Shown here in pieces: positions 52,117 through 62,023 of a stretch of 64,000 bases of DNA. Within the stretch, counting starts at the first letter, position 1, and each line of letters opens with the position of its first letter. Position numbers and translations under genes: made by a program. Below the pieces are notes generated by a model. That model searched no databases and was not told the origin of the DNA. It was given only the letters and a program-made list of their open reading frames with translations. Source of the DNA: Massalongia carnosa (lineage: Eukaryota); contig OZ287067.1 of the NCBI GenBank assembly GCA_965645245.1, forward strand, positions 868,001 through 932,000, written 5' to 3'.

Positions 52117-52729
52117 AACAATTTGCGTTGTTCCCCCATTGTTCCGTTTCTTCATACCTTGCCCGGGCAGGCATCGCCAAGCTTGAAGCCCGTGTTCGCA
52201 AGGAGCGCAATCGCGAATGTCCCTAGCTCAGAAATACCCTGACTTCTTTGAGGCTCAGGCGTGCAGATAGAAAATGTCATCAATGCATATGAAGCGGCAT
52301 TTGATACCAAATTTGATAGTGTGACGTACTAGGTGTACGCGGGCAGTAGTATACGATGTGAGATACTGCAACAACCATGCATAGGTGATTCCGACAGACT
52401 GCCGACGGGACTCCGACGGTAGTCCGACAGCATCGAGTTATGGAAGCACCTGGAATGAATTGGGGGCACCTATGCCAACAGCAGTAGGAGAGGTTGATTG
52501 AAAGAAAGACTAACTCTTGCCCCTCCATGGAGGTGGCAGAGTGCTATTATATAGAGATGACTTCCCCGCATTTGTAAATCAACCAATAGAGAATGAAGCA
52601 ATACATATAGCGCGCGACGAGGTTCCGACGGGCTTCCGACGGACCTCCGACGCGGCCCCGACCGCATAGATATCTCATTATGCCATTATACTCCATGCAG
52701 ATGCTCGCCACCATATGCTTGCAGTCTGA

Positions 52730-53050
52730 CGGTTACATAACAACTTAGGCAACCTTTACAAGAATCAAGGCAAGCATAGCGAGGCGGAGAAGATATATCG
52801 GCGGGCGCTGGATGGGTACGAGAAAGCATGGGGCCCGGACCATATATCGACTCTTGATACCGTCAACAACTTGGGCAACCTTTATAAAAATCAAGGCAAG
52901 CTGGTGGAAGCAGAAGAGATGTATCGGCGGGCGCTGGATGGATACGAAAAAGCATAGGGCCCGGACCATATATCCACACTCCGTACTCTCAATAACCTAC
53001 GTTTGGTTGATGCCAGTCGAGGTGGGCATATGAAAGTGGAAGAGATATAA
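52730..53050 (+). pseudogene. TPR-repeat relic typical of fungal NLR C-termini
   Basis: Two roughly 42-aa repeats NLGNLYKNQGK..EAE..YRRALDGYEKA(W/*)GPDHIST, with a stop codon and no upstream NOD domain. Confidence 0.8.
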
Positions 53051-53322
53051 TCGCAGGGGCTCGATAGAAGCGATGGAGTTTACGACACCAATCGGCATCC
53101 ACAATCGCCACCATCAACGGGGAAAGGCATCTTGAAGAGACTCAAAGTACGTATACGGAGGCGGGAAAGGGGCTTCACATAACCAAATTTCGTTATGCAG
53201 GGAGCTTCACCGCGCCGGGATGGGGTTCAATCAAGATGTTGTCTAACTTAGTCGCAATTCGGCGCAATAGAAAATTCGTAGCCACAGGCCTATCAGCCAC
53301 AATATAAATTGCGCTGTAAAGT

Positions 53323-53776
53323 ACAGTAATGATTACGCGGGATATGCCGAGTAGGGCAAAGGCTTCTTCATCGTGGCTTGGCAGTACCAACCGACGTGGC
53401 GACGCCGCATGTCATAGCGCCTCACAGCCGCCATAAGGCTGACAACGACTTTTCAGCGTCCCTATATGATTCTAGGACTAGGGTAAAGGTCATTCACGAT
53501 TTCCGACAGTGGTACAAGCTTAATGGTGGTCCTATGGTGGACGAGTGCTGTTATTCCACCAAAAGGGTTATCATCGTAAATTTAGGGGGCGGCGACGATG
53601 CGAATGTAAATTTCCAGTAGCTGCTCACAGAACCGTTCAGAATTGGCCGCATCACAAGACTGATGCAAAAATACGGGAGACTTCCATGCGTTCACAAATT
53701 AAAGTCGCTTGAAATCAAAGTACCTGTGGTTTGTCTCGCGACGGGGTGCGTCTCGCGACGCAGGGACGGACGTTAC
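53323..53776 (-). repeat. Dispersed internal repeat, copy C (inverted relative to copy A)
   Basis: Reverse complement GTAACGTCCGTCCCTGCGTCGCGAGACGCACCCCGTCGCGAGACAAACCACAGGTACTTTG.. aligns with 34775-35236. Confidence 0.8.
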
Positions 53777-54461
53777 TACAAATCCATCATCGTAAGTCAG
53801 CCAAGACCGGTCAAGTGTCTAGATGTGAGATTAATAAGGAGATTCCCATCTCAATTCTCGAGCAGAGAGAGCGGGGTCGGGAGCAAGATTGGGGAGCCAG
53901 GCATGGCTGCGTGAGCCAAGAATGGAGCAGGGTAGGTAGAAGTGGATTGGGGGAGCCAGAAATGGAGCCGGGGAGCCAGAAGCGGGGCAGGGGACTCAGA
54001 AGATTGGGGGAACCAGAAGTGGCTTGCATGTAACTGGTATCCACCTTAGAGACTACTAGCAAGACTAGAGTAGTGGGAGCCTACATATCATCGTCGTCGT
54101 CATCATCGGCGGAGCCAAGAGTGGAGGGGCGCGTACCTATTTTCGGGATTTCTGGAACGGATAATCTAATTAGTCGGTTGGTAGATTCTTGCATACCATC
54201 ACTGACCATATATCCAAACCCAGCCTTAAGAGATTTTCAGGTCGCCTAAGAGGATGATCAGGCAGCTGAAGTTCTTTGAATGGAATCCTCGAGAATTCCC
54301 AGTGTGGTACGCAAACTTAGTCTCATCGAAAGTCATTAGGTTATTGCATGCATATGATGCAGATTTTGGAAGTCAGACGCAAAGCTCTCCTAACTGGCTA
54401 TAACAGTATCTACCACATCTATACCCAGACTTGCTTGCTTATAAATAGGTGCAAAGACTCC

Positions 54462-55224
54462 CTATCCGAGGTGCTCTTCCATGGAGGTGCAAGCTAGCTC
54501 CGATTTTACCTGATCCAGAGCTATGAAAATCTTGTTCATTTCTCTGCAGTATCTGTCTGCATTGCTCTTTGACTCCTCAGCTATTAGCTTCCACTCACGT
54601 ATGTGCTTCTCGAATTTTCCATTGTCCATCTGCAGCTGCTGGATGGTGACTTTCAGTTCACCAGCTTCTAATTCAGCTGCTCGTCTCCTTTCTGACTCTG
54701 TAGCAACCCGACGTTCCCATTTGCTAATTTCGCGAGTCAATCTGACGTTGTCCTGGTGTAGGTCGTCAATCTTTGCCACAAAACTGACTTCCGGTCTGGG
54801 AAATTCCAGAAACTTATTAGGCAGTCAGCTGATCGTCGAAGTAACGAGAACGAGCAGCGCGTACAGACTTTCCCCCATCCTGTACCCGGGGTTCTGATTG
54901 AAACGGGGCCTTCCAGATAGCTATAAACGATTTATCGACACCATCACACAAATCCTTGAGCTGGCCAATCGAAAGATCACTGAGATTTTTCGAGAACAGG
55001 TACTCCTTTTCGTTTAGTTTTTCCCACGTATAAGGGTCATCCGCGTTGGTTTTGAGCCGCACCTGCGACGTCTCTATCACGATTCCGAGCCTTCTATCTT
55101 TGCTCGTGTCAGTAACGGCTGACTACAGAAGATGACGGCTCTTACAAATATGCGCTGATAGTTTCTCTCTGCATTTCTTGTTCCACTCCGTTCGCTTTAC
55201 ATTATTGGGTCGACGAGAGGCCAT
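54462..55224 (-). pseudogene. Coiled-coil hypothetical protein, probably disrupted
   Basis: ATG at 55224, a probable intron, then ORF 54817-55080 ending in tandem TAA TAA, followed by an out-of-frame heptad-rich ORF 54462-54779. Confidence 0.45.
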
Positions 55225-55705
55225 TTTTTCTTTGGATCGTTTGGAGAGTGAATTGATCAGAATTCCCAAAGGAGTTACCAGCTATTATTTTCAGTGAACT
55301 TGATGTCATCATTTAAAGAATCTGGGCATGAACAGAAGCTGGATTGGACGTCAGAAGCTTTTGACTCTTCGTGGGGCTCCAGATCTGGCACCCTCTCTTG
55401 GGGAGCCAAAATTGGAGCCCCAAATCGAAGGAACGGAGGTGAAAATCTGGACACCTGCGTTGATTGGAGGTTTTTTTCAATCCATGCCAAAGTCCTCCTA
55501 TTGTCACGAGCTGACTGTAGGCTGTGTAGACCTGCTTCAAAAGTATAGTCTTAGGGCCATCATCTCGTTGATGCGCAATAAATGGACCTGGGATTCGAGC
55601 GACGGCGGCCCGAATTTAGAGCCAGGACACAAAGTATTATACGTATTTAACCTGGTTACGAAATAACTAAGGCAGAAATTATCTGAGGTTTCCCCTCTTT
55701 CCACT

Positions 55706-56443
55706 TCACAACCACCACCCATCCTTTCCCGTTGCACCTATGTGACGCAAAGATCTCACGTTGAATCCAATCTTTTGAAAGTAATAATCCGATGGGTGTT
55801 CCGCACGCATGTCGGATTGTGACAAGATGAGACAGCATATATTATCCACCTGAGATAGTCGCTTTGCTTTTCCATTGATGCCAGCAATCTCATTATATTC
55901 AAGTCGTCCGAGCGCATGATTACGATGCTGCCAGAACAGATACTTTCCTTCTGGATGGCCGCTACTAGTAGAAAACAGTTTTTTCAAGTCTGGCAGCATC
56001 AAAACCTCTGGATCATTGAGCACAGCCTCAATATTGACGACTAGCCCACAGCCAATGCGGACTTCTTTGGTAGCCTCATCGAAGTTGTGCGGTTTGAGAC
56101 AGGAGAAGAATAACTGACGTAGTTCCTCACTCCAAGTGGTGAAATCTCCCGACATATCACCAGGCTGAAGTATCAGATAATTCTCCTTACCTCCCTTTCT
56201 CTGGGAACCGTGGTAGCACTTTTCCAGGTCATAGCCTATTAGAACGGGGTTGATGTGTCGGTGCTCTGCTTCGTCGAGCCATTCCTGACTTTGGAATATT
56301 AAGTCCCATACTCGTGCATGCTTGTGCTGTGCTGAACGAAGCCGAAAATGAAAGATCAGGGATGCGTTTAGAGCGGATAGCGATGATAAATTCTGTGCGA
56401 TAATGTCCCACACCTCTTGGGCCGGTTTATTCGAGAAAGGCAT
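55706..56443 (-). CDS. Hypothetical protein next to captain, F-box-like N-terminus
   Basis: MPFSNKPAQEVWDIIAQNL start resembles an F-box; the 3' end is uncertain. Confidence 0.45.
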   Translation of the reverse strand: MPFSNKPAQEVWDIIAQNLSSLSALNASLIFHFRLRSAQHKHARVWDLIFQSQEWLDEAEHRHINPVLIGYDLEKCYHGSQRKGGKENYLILQPGDMSGDFTTWSEELRQLFFSCLKPHNFDEATKEVRIGCGLVVNIEAVLNDPEVLMLPDLKKLFSTSSGHPEGKYLFWQHRNHALGRLEYNEIAGINGKAKRLSQVDNICCLILSQSDMRAEHPSDYYFQKIGFNVRSLRHIGATGKDGWWL

Positions 56444-56847
56444 TGAAGTTGAAACTATCAGGATGAGTCGTAGAGAGATAAGTCGAATGAGGCTGCAACG
56501 CAAAGGGGGGTCGCTTCGACTTTATATGCATTATCAACAATCAATGCGAGTGGGTAGCCAATAATGGATACCCCAGCCGGAAGTCGATGCCATATCTAGA
56601 AGTGGGTACCCCAGCCAGAAGTTGGTACTGTAGATATATCATTTGTGTAGACGAGAGGCTTGAGTGGTCGACAAATGCAACATGCTCAATTTTTCTATCT
56701 CATTAGGCCTGGTCAGAACCGGGGCTACGAAATCTCTCATCCCGCTCTATAGGTCGATGAAGCACACCTTCGGCTCTAAATTACTTAAAGGGCTGTGGTA
56801 GTCTCTTGTAGCTAAATTTCTAATTGCGAATGCGGAACCATCTCGTG

Positions 56848-59800
56848 CTATGATGGGGGAATAGCAGGCTGCGAAATGGACTCGTTGAGCAGTCTCGGGT
56901 CGATAGATAGGGGAAGGTCGGAGATGACTGACGCCGGCGTCGTGTCATCGAGTGCGGTCTCGTCCGAGGTCCAATCAATTGACGAAAGCGGGCTTTCAGA
57001 GCCTGTGAAAGATGCTGCGGACGAACTTCGCTTCTCCTGATTTACTACCGAGTCGATCGAAGGAAGAGAGTAACTTTGACTAAGGCTATTTTTATCTTCC
57101 AGTCTCACTGGTCCAGTCCGAACGATAATGTCGAGTGGCTCGAATATTGGCGAGTCTATTGTTTTATTGATATGCTTGTAAGAACTTTCCTCGTTCAGGA
57201 GGTCACAACGGTACTCCAGCTTGACGTTCGCGCCGGTAAGAGCCCTCACATTCAGAGAAGACTGACGTGTTAGGCGGCGCCTTTTGATCGGATCGAGCTT
57301 GATGCGCTCAACGCAGTGTACATCCTGACAGTGACACTGAAGATCTTGAATCGAGTCGAAAGAAAGTGCACAGCGTGGATCAGGACATGGGACTACCTTG
57401 CTTTCACCCGTTTCCACGGATCGGTTGTACCTGTCTTCGAAATGCCAGAAATGTTCTTGCAGGTGCTCTTTCCAGCTCTGTTTAACGAGGAACTGATGGA
57501 AACGTTTCGTTGGTGAGAGCTTCAAATCGAAGAGACAGAAGAGACACTGCCCAGCAGTAGCAAGGGTTCGGCGGAAGACAAGTGGATTGCATTGAACTGG
57601 GAGCGTCTCGAGGTCGGTGAGATGGCGTTGACAGTGCTCAAACCATCCGGTCCCACTGGTGATCCATTCGTCGCACTGAAAACAGAGCTCGGCAAAGCCG
57701 TATTTCCTTTCAAGGTCGCCCTTGTGGCAACGGTAAATATGTTCCCACCTATCGCCCATACTGATGCTGTAGAATCGAAGGGTGGTCAGCCAGTCCGCAA
57801 CAACTGAGCATATGGGAAATTAGAAAGGAGAAGCAGACGAACCGATCCATATCCCTCGCACATTGGGGTACAGGGCAACGACCGTTTGCAGGCCGCAAGC
57901 TTGGACGATAGGCTACCCGCGGATTTTCTTTGCACAACGTGATCATATCCTGAAGTGCGCTGCGGCCCTGCATACTGCGGAGGGGAACGTTGAGGAAGAG
58001 CAAAGACGCCAGCCGATCACGTGGCGGATCCAAACGGCGAATCCGGTTGAAGTAGCTTGGCAGACTTGCGACTTGAGGTGCTTCATCCTCCGTGGTTGAG
58101 GCAATCTTGCGTGGTTGAATCTGCTGCCATTTGCTGAGCTCCTCGGACACGAGCTGGCGTTTTCGCCAATACAGTTCCTCTCGTCGAGCCCGAGCTGGCT
58201 GGGCTTCATCTTCTAACGTGATGCCCCGAAGCTTCTCTCCCAGTATTTCGATCTCCTTGTTGATGGAGACGAAGTCGGCACAGTGATCCAGGTTGGCTTC
58301 GACCTTTGCGGGTAGCGATTGCAACAGCTGAGGATGGTGATGGAGCGATAGCCCGCGAAATCCTTCAAGATGGACGGTGCGGCGTTTTTTGTTCCAGTAA
58401 CTCGCCATACCGTCCACAGTGCTCAGCTCAGGCGCGTATGAGCCAAAGAAAGTATCTGCGTTGTTATGGCCGGCGAATTTCATCCTTTCGGCGATTGAGT
58501 AACCATTATCTTTAGCCGAGTCAGCGTGTCTCAATGGTCGTGGTTCGTCCGTAAGAACTTACCATCGGCTTTGACAAGGGCTTCTCTTCGAATATCATGT
58601 ATCCCAATATTTTCCTCGTACCCGGCGCGATGCCCCAGATCTACTGTCCGATTACTGAACGAGCCCGCTCCATGAATCTTTCCTGTGGGTCCATCCGCAG
58701 ATACTATCTGGAAAAAAGGTACACGAAGCATGTCCTTTTTGATTCGAAGATGGTGCAAGGACCCATCCGCAGGTGGTGGAATCGCCTCGATCTCTTCGAA
58801 AGACCCATAGTCCTGGAAGGCATCATCCGCTAGGGCGATTGCCATCAAAGGTAGCACTGGGTTCGCAAATAGTGGCTCCATATCCTCATACATGCCATGC
58901 TGTGGCCTAGAATCACATCAAAACAGTCAGCAAGGATTGCTCTCAACCATGATCCCGAAGATTTGGACAGTGAAGTAACCTTTTATGCGGTGTTTCCGAA
59001 AAGCCTTTTGCGTCTCTTATGACTCGCACACCAATTTCCGCCTCCTCCTTTTCATTCTTGAAGATGACAAAGTCGATTGTCTGCTCGCAGCGTAAGCGCG
59101 ATGCTCGACTGCTTTCTTGGTCGGCAGTGCCTTATAGGATCAGTCCACTTACCTCATATAGTAGTCCACGGCCGGAGCCTCTGCGCATGTTCGATTTAAA
59201 ATACTCGCCTACTCGCGCCGACGAATAGATGAAAAGCATGTAGGCAGCGTGATCCTGGACGAGGATCCTTCCATGTCTGTATTGATGCCAATCCTTCATC
59301 CACATGTGTTTGATCACGATAACGAAGTGGTTCACTGTCATGAAGTGCCGAGTTCGCCGAGTTGTTGAAAGGTTGAACTTCTTGCGTAGCTCGGTTTGTA
59401 TGTACTTGTAAGATCATCAGCCCCTGCAGGTAGAGAGGAGGAGCAAATCGGAGACCGGGTACGAACAAAAAATGTAGACTCCGACACGTCAGGAGGAATC
59501 TTGTCGTTGCCAGGCCGCCGTTTCCAACCGGCGCCAAAGTCTGTCCATTTCTGAAGCATATAGTACATAGATGGTTCCTTCTCACCGGCACAGCAGCCGC
59601 GCACAACACCCTCCATGAAGTGCTTTGTCGTTTTCAAATGGTGGGGGCTTGCGCCAGGGTTTCTCCTTGCATATCTGTTCCAGCAAAACGAGACACAGTC
59701 AGTGAGAATTTTGCAGGACTTCGTAGCAATAGGGAGAGATGTGGAGACCTACTCGTCCCAAAGGACCAACATTCGGTTATAGTTAACTTCAGTACCGGAC

Positions 59801-59913
59801 TCGATGTGCTTAGAGACCGTATCGCCATCGATATCGGCGTTATTTAGAGACTCATGGCCATTTGATTCCGCATCATCGAAGAACTGCGCCGCAGTCCTCT
59901 TCTGCTTCACCAT
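56848..59913 (-). CDS. Starship captain: DUF3435-type tyrosine recombinase, 7 exons, about 880 aa, apparently intact
   Basis: ATG at 59913 (MVKQKRTAAQFFDD). The spliced path gives tyrosine-recombinase catalytic motifs SSARVGE (R), RDAKG (K), HDIRR (HxxR) and AGH..FFGSY (H, Y), then C-terminal C2H2-like fingers (CPVPQC, CFQC..HC..H, CPDPRC..HC..H). No stops were seen. Confidence 0.9.
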
Positions 59914-60265
59914 TGGAGACGAGGTAAAGGGGGAAATTGTAGCTAGACAAAGCTACCCTGGCCACTGAGGCGTATACAGCGAAGAGAGAAAGAGAGAGAG
60001 ATATGCAGAGTGGATATGAGATGATAACGTCTATAATGACGCGCTTGGTACACTGACGGGTTACTGCAGGACGCAGGCAACTAGAAGTGAAGGTAAAGAG
60101 TAAGAGGAAAAGAGCAAGAGGGCAAGAGCAGAAGATAACATGGTGGGCGGTCGGTGGAGCCATAACCGGCTCCTCTCTGATCAGCATCCAAAACAGGCTG
60201 ATTGGACGCTTTCGTTTAAACTTGTAAGAACGCATTAGCAGCTAAGGAGTAGGAAGTGGCTGAGG

Positions 60266-60387
60266 GGGAGCACGGGGGAGCAGAGAGGGAGCACGAGGGA
60301 GCAATGAGGGAGCAGGGGAGAGCAGCGAGGGAGCATGGGGGAGCAGAGGGAGAGCACATCGACGAAACGGGCGTTAGCGGGGGAGCA
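60266..60387 (+). repeat. Subterminal GGGAGCA array, captain end of Starship 1
   Basis: 8 exact GGGAGCA copies plus 2 GAGAGCA variants, mostly 10-11 bp apart. Confidence 0.9.
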
Positions 60388-60443
60388 AAGCGGCGGCTCC
60401 TTAGTCAGCGACCGATCACGTGTTGGCCTGGGTTCGGGGATGC

Positions 60444-60461
60444 TATATATATATATATATA
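60444..60461. repeat. (TA)9 microsatellite between the two Starship ends (putative target site)
   Basis: Sequence reads ..GGTTCGGGGATGC-(TA)9-GTTTCCCCGAACC.. Confidence 0.9.
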
Positions 60462-60956
60462 GTTTCCCCGAACCCAGGCCAACACGTGACCGTCTGCTGA
60501 CTCAGGTGCCGCCGCTTTGCTCCCCCGCTAAGGCCCGTTTCGTCGATGTGCTCCCTCATTGCTCTCCCATGCTCCCTCGTTGCTCTCTCCTGCTCCCTCG
60601 CTGCTCCCCCGTGCTCCCCCTCAGCCACTTCCTTCTCTTGAGCTGGTAATGCTTTCTGACAAGTTTAAACGAAAGCGTTTATCCAGCTCGTTTTGGATGC
60701 TGATCAGAGAAGAGCCGGTTATGGCTCCACCGACCCCCCATCGTGTTGTCTTCTGCCCTCACCCACTTGCTCTTCCCTTCTTCCTCTTCCTCTCCTCCCT
60801 CACGTCCAATTGCCTGCGGCTTGAATACGATACTGTATACGTTGTCATCTCAACTGCACTCTACAGATTACTGCCTCTTTCTCTCTTCGCTGTACACGCC
60901 TCAGGGGCCAGGGCACTTTTCTCTAGCTACAGTTTCCCCCCTTTACCTCGTCTCCA

Positions 60957-62023
60957 ATGGCAAAGAAGAAGAGGACGGCGGCGCAGTTCTTCGATGATGC
61001 GGAATCGCATGGCCTGGAGTCTCTGAACAAGGCGGACATCGATGGCGATACGGTCTCCAAGCACATCGAGTCCGGCACTGAAATCAATTATAACCGAATG
61101 CTGGTCCTTTGAGACGAGTAAGTCTCCACGTCTCTCCCTGTGGCTACGAAATCCTGCAAAATCCTCACTGACGGTGTCTCGTGTTGCTGAAACAGATACG
61201 AGAGAAGAAACCCTGGCGCCAGCCCTCATCATTTGAAAACGACAAAGCACTTCATGAAGGGGGTTGTACGCGGCTGCTGCGCCGATGAGAAGGAACCGTC
61301 GATGTACTACATGCTCCAGAAATGGACAGACTTTGGCGTCGATTGGAAGCGGCGATCGAGCAACGACAAGATCCCTCCTGACGTGTCGAAATCTACATAC
61401 TTTGTTCGTATCCCGATCTCCGATGTGCTCTTTCTCTTCATCTGCAGGGCCTGATCATCTTGTCAATACATACAAACCGAGCTACGCAAGAAGTTCAACC
61501 TGTTCACGGCTCGACGAACTCGACACTTCATGACGATGAATCACTTCGTTATCGTGATCAAACATATGTGGATGAAGGACTGACATCAATACAGACACGG
61601 GCGGATCCTCGTGCAGGATCACGCGACCTATATGCTGTTCATTTACTCGTCGACGCGAGTGAGCGAGTATTTTGAATCCAACATGCGCAAATGCTCCGAC
61701 CGTGAATTGCTATACGAGGTGAGTGAATTGATTCTTCGACTCATTGTCGATCAAGAAAGCGGTCAGTGATCGTACTGACGTTTCGAGCAGACAATCGACT
61801 TCGTCGTCTTCAAGAATGAAAAAGAAGAGACGAAAATTGATGTGCGAGTCACAAGAGACGCAAAAGACTTTTCGAAGACACCACACAAAAGATTGCTTCA
61901 CTGTTCAGATTTTCGAAATCGCGGTTCAGAGCAAGCCTGCTGACTGTTTCGATGTGATCTAGGCCACAGCATGACATGTATGAGAATATGAAGCCGTTGT
62001 TTGCGAACTCAGTGCTACCTTTG
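60957..62023 (+). pseudogene. Second captain tyrosine recombinase, pseudogenised and interrupted by an LTR element
   Basis: Starts MAKKKRTAAQFFDDAESH. TGG->TGA stops at 61110-61112 and 61581-61583. SSARVGE has become SSTRVSE. Homology stops abruptly at 62023. Confidence 0.9.

Larger units (their letters stand above)
20086..60443 (-). mobile_element. Starship-type giant transposon, about 40.4 kb, captain at right end
   Basis: A DUF3435-type tyrosine recombinase is the first gene from the right end. Termini CACCCCGAACTTAGG (20086) and reverse complement GCATCCCCGAACCCAGG (60443) form an imperfect TIR. TA tracts flank both ends (20068-20085, 60444-60461). Both ends share GGGAGCA subterminal arrays, with accessory cargo in between. 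Confidence 0.88.

Noticed and set aside
56848..59913. Small Crypton or DIRS element instead of a Starship
   Set aside because: No RT is linked to the recombinase, and the matching terminus and subterminal array lie 40 kb away, enclosing cargo.
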